Shown: piece after piece, positions 9,657 through 20,444 of the stretch | Position numbering within the stretch: position 1 is the first letter of the stretch | How the letters are laid out: the number at the start of each line of letters is the position of its first letter | DNA from: Deltaproteobacteria bacterium | GTDB taxonomy: Bacteria; Bdellovibrionota; UBA2394 | DNA length: 64,000 bases | Reading direction: 5' to 3' | Assembly: GCA_017302715.1 (NCBI GenBank) | Contig: JAFLCD010000012.1 | Span: 480-64,479, forward strand | Translations under genes and position numbers: made by a program | Notes under the pieces: generated by a model | Seen by the model: only the letters and a program-made list of their open reading frames with translations | What the model was told of the DNA's origin: nothing | Databases searched by the model: none

Positions 9657-11597
9657 TCAATGAGCTTTTCGAATGGCTTCTAAGCTCGTTGGATTTTCGA
9701 CTGCGGAGTCATCGAGTTTTTCATTCAAGATAAGTTTACGAATCAATCCGCGTAAAATTTTTCCCGATCTTGTTTTAGGAAGAGCATCTACAAAAAATAT
9801 TTTTTCTGGAGCTAAAGCTTTGCCCATCTTCTGAGTCGCGAGCTTTAAAAGTTCTTCTCGAATTTTTTCGTAAGAGAGTGTGGCTTCAGGATTTTTAAGA
9901 ACCACGTAGCAAGAAACAGTTTCGCCTTTGATTTCGTGTGGAAGTCCGATCGCAGCGACTTCGGCAACACGCGCGTCTTCCATTAAAAAACTTTCAAATT
10001 CGTTGGGGCCGACGCGTTTACCTGCAATTTTAATTGTATCATCGCTTCGGCCACGCAAAAACCAGAACCCATCCTCGTCAATGAAGGCCCAATCGCCGTG
10101 ATACCAAATTTTTTCTCCGAATTTTTCAAAATAAGTAGCTAGATATTTTTCTTTCGAATTTAAAAATCCTTTGGTCATCGAAGGAAGAGGCGAGAGACAA
10201 ACCAGATGACCTAAGCCTTGCTTTATGGGCTTTGCATCTTCCGAAAAAACTTGAGCGTTCACGCCAAGGCCCGGACCAGATAAACTCGCCGGTTTTAATT
10301 TCGAGAAAGGATGCGGCATCAAGAGGCATCCCATGATCTCCGTTCCGCCCGAAATATTCATAATCGGACATCGGCTTTGACCTATTTTTTCAAAAAACCA
10401 TATCCAAGATTCTTCATCCCAAGGTTCACCTGTCGAACCTAAAATCCTCAGCGAATTTAAAGGATTTCTTTTCAAGAATTCGGATTCAGATTTTTTAAGC
10501 ACTCGGATGGCCGTCGGCGAAATTCCTAAATGCGTCACTTCATGTTGATGAATAATTTTCCAAAGTCGATCTGTGTCTGGATAATCTGGAACTCCTTCAA
10601 ACAAAACGACGGTCGCACCAAATTGCAAAACGCCCAAAATTTCCCAAGGCCCCATCATCCAGCCGATATCGGTATACCAAAAAAACTTATCCGAAGTTTT
10701 AACGTCAAAAGTATATCGAAGCTCTTTGCCTGTCGTCGCGAGCACCCCAAAAGGAGTGTGAACACAGGCTTTAGGTTTTCCGGTAGTGCCCGAAGTATAC
10801 AATAATAAACATTCAGACTCCGCGGGACGAGAAAGAGATTTAAAAGGAATCACATCGCGATGTCCGCGCAAAAAATCTTCGCGTTTTAAGATGAAAACTT
10901 TTTTCACCGAAGGACACTCGCCCAAAATCGATTCTAAGGTTTTTCGAACGGGAATTTCTTTTCCTCGCCGAAGCGTTTTCTCTTGAACAAAAATAAATTT
11001 AGCTTCGCCATCTTGAAGGCGAGAGGCGATGGCTTCGCCTCCATAACCTGAAAAAATAGGAATCACCGTTAAGCCAGCGCGCAAAATTCCAAAGAAGCTT
11101 GCGACCATTTCTAAACTCATCGGCATCAAGAGGGCGGCGCGATCTCCTACCTTTGCCCCAGACGCGCGAAGTTCCTCGGCGATATAACTCGATTCACGAG
11201 CAAGATCTTCAAATGTCCAGATGGCCGTGCTGCCGGGCTCGTCGCCTTCAAAAATCAGCGCTGGTTTTTTTCCAAAGTTCGTGGCGTCATTTTTGAGATG
11301 TCGATCGATGCAGTGATCGACAATGGACATCTCCGCACCTTCGACCCATTTTGGCCAAGGCAGATCGGCCGCTAAAAGCTTGGAGTAGGGCTTTGTAAAT
11401 TCAATGCCAATATCTTTAAGGGCTTTTTCCCAAAACCAAACGGGATCTTTTTGGGATCGCTGAATCAAATCCTCCACCTTAGCGATTCCTAAAGATTTCA
11501 TGAAATTTGCTAGATGAGATTGCTGGATCCAAGGCGCTTTTGGTTCGTAAAAAACTTTCGACATCTTAGATAAGATAATCGAGCTTCTGATAAACAT
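9657..11597 (-). CDS. acs: Acetyl-CoA synthetase-like AMP-forming acyl-CoA ligase
   Basis: AMP-binding motif LLYTSGTTGKPKA; ~646 aa, Acs-like length and C-terminal lysine region (SGKILR). Confidence 0.8.
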   Translation of the reverse strand: MFIRSSIILSKMSKVFYEPKAPWIQQSHLANFMKSLGIAKVEDLIQRSQKDPVWFWEKALKDIGIEFTKPYSKLLAADLPWPKWVEGAEMSIVDHCIDRHLKNDATNFGKKPALIFEGDEPGSTAIWTFEDLARESSYIAEELRASGAKVGDRAALLMPMSLEMVASFFGILRAGLTVIPIFSGYGGEAIASRLQDGEAKFIFVQEKTLRRGKEIPVRKTLESILGECPSVKKVFILKREDFLRGHRDVIPFKSLSRPAESECLLLYTSGTTGKPKACVHTPFGVLATTGKELRYTFDVKTSDKFFWYTDIGWMMGPWEILGVLQFGATVVLFEGVPDYPDTDRLWKIIHQHEVTHLGISPTAIRVLKKSESEFLKRNPLNSLRILGSTGEPWDEESWIWFFEKIGQSRCPIMNISGGTEIMGCLLMPHPFSKLKPASLSGPGLGVNAQVFSEDAKPIKQGLGHLVCLSPLPSMTKGFLNSKEKYLATYFEKFGEKIWYHGDWAFIDEDGFWFLRGRSDDTIKIAGKRVGPNEFESFLMEDARVAEVAAIGLPHEIKGETVSCYVVLKNPEATLSYEKIREELLKLATQKMGKALAPEKIFFVDALPKTRSGKILRGLIRKLILNEKLDDSAVENPTSLEAIRKAH

Positions 11598-11625
11598 TCG
11601 AGATTTATTTTGTTAGACTTTTTGG

Positions 11626-11928
11626 ATGGTGCTTCCCGCAGACGTTTTATTTTTCTGCTCTCTCAGCATGATGGTTATCTTTGCTTGGCTCAGTTGGTTT
11701 GCGTTTAGCGAACCTCTGGCTTATATGCGGTGGCTGAGTCCTGTTTATTTGCTCACACGTACTTTGTGGAGAAAAAATCCAGGCCGCTACGATCGAATCA
11801 TTTCTTTTTCTTTTGGCAGCGTTTATTTGGTGATGACTATTTTTTTTAGCTTCGTTTTAGGTGGATGGATAACGACTGCGCTGTTTCGACTCTGGCACTC
11901 GCCATTTGCAAGTCTTGTTTTTCCTTAG
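11626..11928 (+). CDS. Small hydrophobic ORF (possible 3-TM membrane protein)
   Basis: ORF only; lies in acs upstream region. Confidence 0.2.
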   Translation: MVLPADVLFFCSLSMMVIFAWLSWFAFSEPLAYMRWLSPVYLLTRTLWRKNPGRYDRIISFSFGSVYLVMTIFFSFVLGGWITTALFRLWHSPFASLVFP

Positions 11929-13772
11929 CGGGGAGCTGAATCAAAGATCGAACTTAAATCTAAGTTTTTTACGTTTTGAGATTCATTGGAGTCTTCGCAA
12001 TGTGAAGGGCCGGAACCTTGATTCTGAAAAGAATAATCAATGAATTTGAATTTACCAGTATAGCCCAATTCATTTAATCCATCTCTGTTTTGATAAGTCA
12101 TCGTCTTCATAAAAGCTACTGGCTCATCGTACATGCGATTATAGGTTATCTGACCCCAATTTTTGCGATCAGAAAACGGATTGAAAGCGAGCTCCGAATA
12201 GATGCCAGGTAGATTTGAATCCATCACATAAAATAAATCAGGCACTTCGGAATCTTGAGGTAGGCGATATCCAATAATACTGATGCGATGAAAATTGAAC
12301 GCACTCGTTTCGTTGGTTGATTTTATGGTTGTATGAATAGGAAGCGATTCGTCCAACATCTTTTTTATATAAAGCGCATGTCTTTTCAAAGCAGGGGGAG
12401 TGAAATAGATCCCATTAAAATCTCCATCTCTGCCGCCTAAAGTTTGATTGTTTGGATAGAGCTCTTGGGTAAGACCCCATTTCTTTTGAATTTTTTTTAT
12501 CGCTTCTTCGTAAGGCCCATAATTTTTGTCGTTTGTTGAGCTGAGAGATTTCATCGCATCCAAAAATTCTTTTCGAGACGCATATCCGTAAATAGAGATT
12601 GTTTCTGCAGGTTTTTGAGATTCATTCGTTTGAAATGCTCGACTTAATTTTTGCTCAATAGTTTTAAAGTCATCTCTTTTTTCGGCGGGCACAAATTGAA
12701 CATGAGCCAGCATCGCTGTATTCATATAATCAAGGCCCACACAATAACCAGACGAGTCGCTGTCACTAAAATTTTTAATGCAGAACGACTTAAGATCTTG
12801 AGGATTTACAACAAGATGCACTCTTCCTTCATGAGGATTAGGAAAACCCTCTGCTAGTTTTTTAATTTTTTCACTGTCGGCTAAAATTTCTGGATAGCGA
12901 TCCAGATCATTCTTGGCTTGTTGCCTAAACCAATCAAAGGATTTAAGGGTTTCATTCAGTTCATACTGCGATTCTGGAGTTTGAAAATCATTTTCTAAAA
13001 TGGATTGAAAATGTATTTGAATTTTGCTGACTATTTTTTCAGTAGTTTGCTGGTCAGGATTTTTTTGACTGCGTTCAGCCGCGAATTTTAAATAGTTGCG
13101 AAAGATAAGAAGAGAGTTGGTGAGTCCTGCTTCGCCTCGATCACTTTCTAGATCTGTAGGCCAAAGATCAAAAAAAACATTTTGAAGGCTAGGATTCAAT
13201 TGCCAAATTTGTTCGAATTCAACCGTATTTTTATCTAAATAGAGAATCACCGATCGGCTTAGGGCATTCGAAAATTCTTGAGAGCCTGACCTGTTTTTCA
13301 TTTGTCTCGAGAGAGATAGAATTTCGAAAGTGTAGGCAGAAGATTCTCGATTTTCTATAGTGCTTAAAATTTGTTTGAACTGGGTGGGAAGATTACTTTT
13401 TACGGACTCTCGAAGTAATTCAATGTTGACTTCTGCGATCTCACTATTTCTTAGACTTCTTCGATCTATAAATCCTCTTATACCGTCATATTCTTTTCGA
13501 GATAAATAAATCGGTTGAATGGAATTTTCTTTTCCAAATTCACGAATTCCTTTTTTCAAAACTTTTTTATCGATGTCTTTAGCTGAGACATCCGCGAGGT
13601 AAGTTGAAAACGCCGGTAAAATAACAGCGGGCAATTCAGAATTTAAAATAATTTCTGCTGCGGTCTGCGCATTCTCTTCTCTTTGATTAAGGATGGACTG
13701 AGCACTTAAGTTCGCGACAAAACTTAAAAAAATGACGACAGAAAAAATGTAGTATCGTGTTTTCAAAGCCAA
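11925..13772 (-). CDS. Secreted hypothetical protein (615 aa)
   Basis: Signal peptide MALKTRYYIFSVVIFLSFVANLSAQS; no family recognised. Confidence 0.5.
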   Translation of the reverse strand: MALKTRYYIFSVVIFLSFVANLSAQSILNQREENAQTAAEIILNSELPAVILPAFSTYLADVSAKDIDKKVLKKGIREFGKENSIQPIYLSRKEYDGIRGFIDRRSLRNSEIAEVNIELLRESVKSNLPTQFKQILSTIENRESSAYTFEILSLSRQMKNRSGSQEFSNALSRSVILYLDKNTVEFEQIWQLNPSLQNVFFDLWPTDLESDRGEAGLTNSLLIFRNYLKFAAERSQKNPDQQTTEKIVSKIQIHFQSILENDFQTPESQYELNETLKSFDWFRQQAKNDLDRYPEILADSEKIKKLAEGFPNPHEGRVHLVVNPQDLKSFCIKNFSDSDSSGYCVGLDYMNTAMLAHVQFVPAEKRDDFKTIEQKLSRAFQTNESQKPAETISIYGYASRKEFLDAMKSLSSTNDKNYGPYEEAIKKIQKKWGLTQELYPNNQTLGGRDGDFNGIYFTPPALKRHALYIKKMLDESLPIHTTIKSTNETSAFNFHRISIIGYRLPQDSEVPDLFYVMDSNLPGIYSELAFNPFSDRKNWGQITYNRMYDEPVAFMKTMTYQNRDGLNELGYTGKFKFIDYSFQNQGSGPSHCEDSNESQNVKNLDLSSIFDSAPR

Positions 13773-13997
13773 GCCACCTATCCCTCTCTTAAAGACTGCA
13801 AAACCTATGCCAGCAAAAATGACCTTAAAGCGGCTTTAAATCAAGTTTATAGGGCGATGGGGGGATGAAAAGGGGCAGTTCTCTTGCTAAAGAAGCCGGC
13901 TAGAATCAGGTTTTGTTCCGCGTCGCGGAGATATTATTTGGCTTCGAAGTCATAGGCCTGACCGAAAAATTATCTGCTTTAATTGGCGGATGATTTT

Positions 13998-15050
13998 TTA
14001 TCCAAAGAAAACAGATTTTCTGTCTTTCAATACATCAAAAACCATTTCCTGAATTTGCTCGCGAAGCTTTTCGTTTTCGCGATTAATCAGAATTCCGTTG
14101 TGACGATCTTTTTCGGAATACTGATCAAACGGAATTGGTTTTCCAAAGACCATCGTCCATTTTGTGGGAAGTGGAATCGCGCCGAGTGGTCCCAAAAAAG
14201 GAAAAGTCGGAGTAATGGGAATGAAAGGAAGACCAAGCGGGCGAGCGAGAACAGAAGATTTATAAAGGAGTGGATGAATTTCTTCGGCTCCAACAATCGC
14301 GACTGGAACAATCGGAGCTTGAGTATTAAGCGCCAATCGAATGGCACCCCCTCGACCAAATCTTTGCAGTTTGTATCTCTCCGTAAAAGGTTTTGAAATT
14401 CCTTTGATGCCTTCAGGAAAAACGGAGACGAGTTCGCCTTGGTTGAGCAATCGTTCTGCATTCTCCGGGCAGGCGCGAATGCCACCGATGCGATTCATCA
14501 TCACGCCCATAAATGGAAAATGAAAAACAAAATCGTCGACCAAAAATCTAAGTTCTCTTTTTTGAGCATGCTCATTGTAAATAGCGACCTTCATCATCGC
14601 GGCATCGTAAGGCAAGACGCCCGAATGATTGGCGACGAGTAGAGCTCGACCGGTAGAAGGAATATTTTCGATACCTTGAACGCTTACTCTAAAATATTTT
14701 TGAAACAAAAAATCAAAAAAAGGCTTAATCGCCATTTCGAATTGTCGATCGCATCCGTATTCATCGACTTCATCGCTTTGTAAAACGCGGCGAACCTTGC
14801 CAATGATTTCCCAAATTTTTCCAGGCGAAGCCGATTCAGATAAATTTTTGAGCGAAGGAATATTCAAGGATGGAATGTTCGAAGAGATAAGCTTTAATTC
14901 TTCGATGAATTCAACTGCCATCTTTTCTAATCGTTTTCGATCAAAACTTTCGGGGTTGTTAAAATAAGAATCGAGTTCATCCGACAGTTGTTTGAGCAAT
15001 CGTTGAGCTGAAAAAACTTCTTTGTTGGGGATTTCTTTTTTTGCCGACAT
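13998..15050 (-). CDS. Lysophospholipid (PlsC-family) acyltransferase
   Basis: LLVANHSG...D and FPEG(I/T) acyltransferase motifs. Confidence 0.6.
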   Translation of the reverse strand: MSAKKEIPNKEVFSAQRLLKQLSDELDSYFNNPESFDRKRLEKMAVEFIEELKLISSNIPSLNIPSLKNLSESASPGKIWEIIGKVRRVLQSDEVDEYGCDRQFEMAIKPFFDFLFQKYFRVSVQGIENIPSTGRALLVANHSGVLPYDAAMMKVAIYNEHAQKRELRFLVDDFVFHFPFMGVMMNRIGGIRACPENAERLLNQGELVSVFPEGIKGISKPFTERYKLQRFGRGGAIRLALNTQAPIVPVAIVGAEEIHPLLYKSSVLARPLGLPFIPITPTFPFLGPLGAIPLPTKWTMVFGKPIPFDQYSEKDRHNGILINRENEKLREQIQEMVFDVLKDRKSVFFG

Positions 15051-16081
15051 TATTGAAACTCCTGAAGCCTTTGAGACTTAGCAAAATCTAAAAAAGCTTC
15101 TTTCGATGAATAAGTAGGAACAAAATTCATTTCACGCTTCGCTTTTTCTCCGTCCGTTACCCAGAGATAGCGAAAATAATCTAAAAGTTTTCCAGGCACA
15201 GAGACTAATTGCAAATTCCATAAAACTTGAACGAGCGGATAAGCCAAAAAAGAAGCCACAGGCAAAGAAAATTTTCCGGCCTCGCGAAGTGCATAACTTA
15301 AAGGGATCACTCCGTGACCTGTGATATTAAAAATTCCGGGATGATTTTTCATCACGGCGGTTTCGAGCGCGTTGCCTGCGTCTTTTTCATGCACAAACTG
15401 CATCAGCGGATCATAGCCAAGCAAAGTCGGAACAATCGGCCTGCGAAATAATTCGGTAAAATAATTTTTGCTCTTAGGTCCGAGAATCAAAGCGAATCTC
15501 AAGACACTCAGAGAAATTTCGGGAGCTTCTTTTCGAACTTGAGCGATTTGTTTTTCGGCTTCAACTTTATCGCGAATGAAATGCGCTTCAGGGTGTGCAG
15601 CGAGCGGATGCGTCTCGTCTATATAATTAGGATTTTTAGGAGACGCTCCATAGACCGCCGTCGTCGAACAAAAAACGAGCTTTTTTACCTGAGCGGCTTT
15701 ACAGGCACTTACAATATTTAAAGTGCCGATGACTTCAAGCTCATGCGCCTGAACCCAATTCAAACTCGGATTGTTTTTAAGCGCGGTATGCACAACTAAA
15801 CTGGCGCCGATCTCTTCCAACTTTTTAGCAAGTCGAGCGTCTGCTCCCGGATCAATCAGATCCAGTTTGATGAAATGTAATTTCTTAAACTTTTTGGAGT
15901 AAGCTCGTCCAGGCGCATGCAAATCGACGGCGTGATAGCTTGTGACACTTGGATTTTTTTCAAGCTTTTCGAGCAAAAGCTCGCCGAGGATGGTGTGAAT
16001 TCCTATCACCACTATTCCCTGATCCACCCCTGATGAGTTTTTGCGGGAGACTTCGTATAAAGTTTGATCTTCCGTTGTCAT
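15050..16081 (-). CDS. NAD-dependent epimerase/dehydratase family protein
   Basis: Rossmann-like N-terminus, STTAVYGAS and downstream Y/K region; start possibly 16105. Confidence 0.5.
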   Translation of the reverse strand: MTTEDQTLYEVSRKNSSGVDQGIVVIGIHTILGELLLEKLEKNPSVTSYHAVDLHAPGRAYSKKFKKLHFIKLDLIDPGADARLAKKLEEIGASLVVHTALKNNPSLNWVQAHELEVIGTLNIVSACKAAQVKKLVFCSTTAVYGASPKNPNYIDETHPLAAHPEAHFIRDKVEAEKQIAQVRKEAPEISLSVLRFALILGPKSKNYFTELFRRPIVPTLLGYDPLMQFVHEKDAGNALETAVMKNHPGIFNITGHGVIPLSYALREAGKFSLPVASFLAYPLVQVLWNLQLVSVPGKLLDYFRYLWVTDGEKAKREMNFVPTYSSKEAFLDFAKSQRLQEFQ

Positions 16082-16103
16082 TTTGAGTAAGACCAAAACT
16101 ACC

Positions 16104-17876
16104 ATGATTCGAAAACTTTCGCCTCATCTTGTCCATCAAATTGCAGCAGGCGAAGTGATCGAGCGGCCGGCCTCTGTACTTAAAGAGCTCATTGAAAATG
16201 CGCTTGATGCAGGAGCGTCGCAAATCGATATCACTTATGAAAACGGCGGATTGAAGTCTTTAAGCGTAGAAGACAATGGAAAAGGTATCTCTGAAGAAGA
16301 GCTCATGCTCGCTTTTGAGGCCCATGCGACGAGTAAAATTTCACAATTTGACGATTTCGAAAAACTTCAGACCTTTGGTTTTCGGGGCGAGGCATTATCA
16401 TCCATTTCAGCCATGGCTGATCTTGAAATCTGGACATCGTGCGAAAAAGAAAAACGAGGCAGCAGAGGACGAGTCGCCTTTGGAGCAAAGAAAAAAAGTG
16501 AAGCCGCAGATAAACGCATTGGAACAAAGGTTCAGATGCGCGATTTATTTTCGGCTCATCCAGCGCGGTTGAAATTTATGAAATCCGAAAGAGGCGAGGC
16601 GATGCAATTGCTTTCAGTATTTAAAAAATACTCTCTCGCTTATCCCGAATTTTCTTTTTCCATCAAAGATTTAGAAACAGAGCGAGAACACTCCACTCAC
16701 TCAGAAAGTTTTTTAGATCGGGTGATTTGGTTTTTTGGAGACTCTGAAAAAGATCATTGGCTTCAAGTGAATGCCCAGTCCGCTGATTGGAAAATGCAGG
16801 CCGTCATTTTGCGCCCGCGCTTTCAGCAAAAAGTTCGAGCGGGAATTCATTTATTTTTAAATAGACGGCCCTTTAAAGATTCACGTTTGGAATTTGCTGT
16901 GAAAAGAGCCTTTGAGGGATTCACTTTATTTACTCGCGATATCGCTGCTGTGATATTTCTGGAAGGCTCGCCTAAACTTTTCGATGTGAATGTTCATCCC
17001 ATGAAAACCGAAGTGCGATTTTTGCAGGCAGACACTTTGTTCTCATTTATTTCAAAAAATATTACAGAAGCATTGCGATCGGAGCATTTAGAAATCCAAA
17101 ACACAAAATCTGAAGTTTCATTAAAAGAACCTGAAGTCTTTTCTTCTCCATCTTTAGAAACTGATCCAAATCGATCCTCCCGACTTTGGGACCTTCGGCC
17201 AGGGACGTCCTCGGGCTCCCAACCTCTCGCGGGCCAACGGGAATCACTTGCTGAAAATGCGGAAGAAAAATCAGCAGTCTTATTTGAGCATAAATCTGAA
17301 TTTGAATTTATAGATGTTCTAGATGACACATACTTACTTGTCCGAAAAAATTCAGAGCTTTATATTTTCGATCAGCATGCACTGCATGAAAGAATTTTAT
17401 ACGAGAGACTCTTAGCGGATTTTTCGAAATTAGAAAAAATTCCGTCGCAGCGGCTTTTGTTTCCTCAGCCTATTCCGTTTTCTGGAGCAGAGAATTTACT
17501 GGAGCACGAAGAACTTCTTGAAAAGCTGGGCTTTGAAATTCGACAATGGAGCAAGGCGGGTGAAAATAAAAATCAGATGCAATCGATTCAACTTGTCGCA
17601 GCTCCAGCCATTTTAAAACGCGGACACTCAGAAGTGCTCTCCAAAATTTCTGAATCTACTTCGCGTGGAAAAGAAACAGTCATCCGAGATGTATTAGCCA
17701 GTATGGCCTGTCATTCAGCGGTTCGCGCCCACGATCGAATCGACACGGCCGAAATCGATAGACTCCTCAAAGATTTTCAGTCCGAAGATGCGCTGGGGCA
17801 TTGCCCGCACGGTCGGCCCACTTTTGTACGACTGCAAATTAAAGATCTTGAAAAAATGTTTCAGCGAGTCGTATGA
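16104..17876 (+). CDS. mutL: DNA mismatch repair protein MutL
   Basis: MIRKLSPHLVHQIAAGEVIERP ... LIENALDAGAS GHKL ATPase motifs; C-terminal dimerisation region. Confidence 0.85.
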   Translation: MIRKLSPHLVHQIAAGEVIERPASVLKELIENALDAGASQIDITYENGGLKSLSVEDNGKGISEEELMLAFEAHATSKISQFDDFEKLQTFGFRGEALSSISAMADLEIWTSCEKEKRGSRGRVAFGAKKKSEAADKRIGTKVQMRDLFSAHPARLKFMKSERGEAMQLLSVFKKYSLAYPEFSFSIKDLETEREHSTHSESFLDRVIWFFGDSEKDHWLQVNAQSADWKMQAVILRPRFQQKVRAGIHLFLNRRPFKDSRLEFAVKRAFEGFTLFTRDIAAVIFLEGSPKLFDVNVHPMKTEVRFLQADTLFSFISKNITEALRSEHLEIQNTKSEVSLKEPEVFSSPSLETDPNRSSRLWDLRPGTSSGSQPLAGQRESLAENAEEKSAVLFEHKSEFEFIDVLDDTYLLVRKNSELYIFDQHALHERILYERLLADFSKLEKIPSQRLLFPQPIPFSGAENLLEHEELLEKLGFEIRQWSKAGENKNQMQSIQLVAAPAILKRGHSEVLSKISESTSRGKETVIRDVLASMACHSAVRAHDRIDTAEIDRLLKDFQSEDALGHCPHGRPTFVRLQIKDLEKMFQRVV

Positions 17877-18595
17877 ATTTAACTTTTGTAGTCACGGGTC
17901 CTACAGGCTGCGGAAAATCCAAATTTGCAGAAGATCTCGCCGTTAAACGAAAAGTTGAAATCGTTAACGCCGATGCTTTTCAGATGTATAAAGAAATTCC
18001 GATCGTTAGCAATCAACCTGAATCTTCCAAGGTTGCTCACCACTTTTTAGCGAATCGTTCTCTTGCTGAGCCAATTTCAGCTGGAGAATTTTCTAGATTA
18101 TCGGCATCTGCCTTTTCTTTGAACGCTATTTGGGTAGGTACAGGCCTCTATTTAGGCGCTGCACTTTACGGACTCGACGCCGATAGGAAAAAAGGAACTC
18201 CTTTTCAGGGCGAGCCGCTGCATCCTTTTAAAATGATCGTTGTTGAGAGAGATCGCGCCGAGCTCTATGAAGTTTTAAATCAACGGGTTGATCAAATGAT
18301 CGAACGTGGAGCTCTCGATGAGATAAAAAAAATTCAAGAGATGCTCACGCAAAATCAAATTTTAGCGACGAACCATGTTCTTAAAGCCATCGGTGTTCGT
18401 CAGATGCTCAGTGTTTTTAATCAAGAGATGACCCATGAAAAGGCGATTGAAATTTGGAAGCGAGACACTCGACATCTCGCGAAGCGTCAATGGACCTGGC
18501 TTAGAAAATTTTGCGCACCTTCGAAGCAGATTCTTTGGTTGAATTTGTCTAAGGAAAAAGAAGCCTTAAAGCAGGCTGAAGAATTCTTCGCATAA
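17873..18595 (+). CDS. miaA: tRNA dimethylallyltransferase (short form)
   Basis: P-loop VVTGPTGCGKS; 4-bp ATGA overlap with mutL. Confidence 0.75.
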   Translation: MNLTFVVTGPTGCGKSKFAEDLAVKRKVEIVNADAFQMYKEIPIVSNQPESSKVAHHFLANRSLAEPISAGEFSRLSASAFSLNAIWVGTGLYLGAALYGLDADRKKGTPFQGEPLHPFKMIVVERDRAELYEVLNQRVDQMIERGALDEIKKIQEMLTQNQILATNHVLKAIGVRQMLSVFNQEMTHEKAIEIWKRDTRHLAKRQWTWLRKFCAPSKQILWLNLSKEKEALKQAEEFFA

Positions 18596-18634
18596 TGCTT
18601 TGCAAATTTTTGGCGACTTATTAAAACTAGGCGC

Positions 18635-19636
18635 TTGGATACTCCTGTTCAAAATTCCGCGGTTAAGAAACGTCGTTATCTTGAATTTGAACGACCGCTC
18701 GAAGAACTCGATCAGCAAATTGATCGCTTAAAAAATCTTAAAGTTCAGGGTGCTGTCGATGTTTCGAGTGAAATTAAAACTCTCGAAAAAAAATCTGAAG
18801 ATTTGCTCACTCATATTTTTGCAAATTTAAACCCTTATCAAATTGTGCAACTTTCTCGGCATCCTGATCGTCCTTCTTGTCTTGATTATCTCTCCATGAT
18901 TTTTGATGAGTTTATCGAACTTCATGGCGATCGAAATTTTATGGAGGATGCCTCCATTGTAGGAGCGATGGCAAAACTTCAAGGCCAAACAGTCATGGTC
19001 ATCGGCCATCAAAAGGGAAAATCCACTCAAGAAAATCAAATCCGTAATTTCGGTATGCCCCGACCAGAAGGTTATCGAAAAGCGTTGCGACTTATGAAAC
19101 TCGCCGAGAGGTGGAAGTTGCCGATCATTACTTTTATCGATACTCCCGGTGCTTATCCCGGCATTGATGCCGAAGAGCGCGGTCAGGCTCAAGCCATCGC
19201 AGAAAATATTTTAACGATGACCGATCTTTCGGTTCCGATTATTTCGGTTATTTTAGGTGAAGGTGGGAGTGGAGGCGCCCTTGCAATCGCTGTCTCTGAT
19301 CGAATGCTGATGCTCGAGTTCTCTATATATAGTGTGATTTCTCCAGAGGGTTGCGCCGCGATCACTTGGAAAGATGGAAGTTTTGCATCAAAGGCGGCGG
19401 AAGAGCTGCAAGTGACTTCTAAAGATATCGTGAAAGCAAAGGTAGCTGACCGCGCTATTCAGGAGCCTTTAGGCGGCGCTCATCGTGATCCTCTTTTGAT
19501 GGCCAACCGCTTGAAAGAGGCGCTCATCAAAGAACTTCAATCTCTCAAAGCTTTAAAGTCCGAAGATCTTATTTCTAAACGTTACGATCGCTACAGACAT
19601 TTAGGCGCATTTGAAGGCGCGGCTTCATCCCCATGA
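18635..19636 (+). CDS. accA: Acetyl-CoA carboxylase carboxyltransferase alpha subunit
   Basis: RHPDRP ... full-length AccA-like sequence. Confidence 0.85.
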   Translation: MDTPVQNSAVKKRRYLEFERPLEELDQQIDRLKNLKVQGAVDVSSEIKTLEKKSEDLLTHIFANLNPYQIVQLSRHPDRPSCLDYLSMIFDEFIELHGDRNFMEDASIVGAMAKLQGQTVMVIGHQKGKSTQENQIRNFGMPRPEGYRKALRLMKLAERWKLPIITFIDTPGAYPGIDAEERGQAQAIAENILTMTDLSVPIISVILGEGGSGGALAIAVSDRMLMLEFSIYSVISPEGCAAITWKDGSFASKAAEELQVTSKDIVKAKVADRAIQEPLGGAHRDPLLMANRLKEALIKELQSLKALKSEDLISKRYDRYRHLGAFEGAASSP

Positions 19637-20334
19637 GCTCAAAAAAAATTCTTATTACTCTTGATGGACCTTCCGGCAGTGGAAAATCCACGGCTTCGGT
19701 AAAGTTGGCTTATCATTTTCAGTTACCTTGTCTCGATACCGGAGCGATGTATCGGTTCGTCGGTTTAAGAGCTCTCGAAAAAAAAATTCCTCTTTCCAAT
19801 GAAGATGATATTTCAAAATTGGCAGCCCAATGTGATTTTCAATTTCGATTTGAAGGAGAAGAACCCATCGTTGAGGCAAAAGAACTTGGAGAAAAGTTTC
19901 AGAAACTTGGAAAAGAAATTCGTAGTCCTGAGGTCTCTTTAGCGGCGAGTGCAATCGCTAAACTTAAAAAAGTTCGTGAAGTCCTCGTCAAAAAGCAGCA
20001 AGAAATCGGCGAAAAAGAGGGGGGCGTGATTGAGGGTCGCGACGCCGGTACCACGATTTTTCCTCAGGCAGGTCTCAAGTTTTTTATGACCGCGGATGTG
20101 GTCGAGCGGGCCAAACGTAGATACGCCGAGCTCAAGGAAAAATTGGGAACGAATGTTCAAGCTTTCGACGAAGTTCTTAAAGAGATGGTCGTTCGGGACA
20201 AACAAGACGAGGAAAGGGCTTTTAGTCCATTAAAGCCCGCAGATGACGCCATCATTTACGATACTTCAGGCAAAAACTTCGACGAAGTCGTTCAATTCCT
20301 CATTCAGACCGTTCGATCTCGATTGAAGCCTTAA
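19633..20334 (+). CDS. cmk: Cytidylate kinase
   Basis: ITLDGPSGSGKST P-loop; overlaps accA stop by 4 bp. Confidence 0.85.
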   Translation: MSSKKILITLDGPSGSGKSTASVKLAYHFQLPCLDTGAMYRFVGLRALEKKIPLSNEDDISKLAAQCDFQFRFEGEEPIVEAKELGEKFQKLGKEIRSPEVSLAASAIAKLKKVREVLVKKQQEIGEKEGGVIEGRDAGTTIFPQAGLKFFMTADVVERAKRRYAELKEKLGTNVQAFDEVLKEMVVRDKQDEERAFSPLKPADDAIIYDTSGKNFDEVVQFLIQTVRSRLKP

Positions 20335-20444
20335 AAATCTTAACTTGGATTGTTTTGACTTGAGGTTCCGCCCTCGGGTAGCAATAAAGGACTTTAATAA
20401 AGGTCGCGTCCCTTGAGGAACGACCGGAAGGAGATCTTTTAGAC

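Noticed and set aside
13917-13929. Short palindrome tccgcg-t-cgcgga in the intergenic region upstream of 11925..13772
   Set aside because: Loop too short for a stable hairpin terminator; could be a binding site but only 6-bp half-sites, likely chance
13983-14523. ORFs 13983..14396 (+) and 14087..14485 (-), 14341..14523 (+) overlapping the acyltransferase gene
   Set aside because: Overlap a gene with clear family motifs; no independent support
20335-20444. Possible structured rpsA leader (ggttccgccctcggg..., gtcgcgtccc...ggaacgac)
   Set aside because: Only imperfect stems; cannot distinguish S1 autoregulatory structure from chance without covariation analysis
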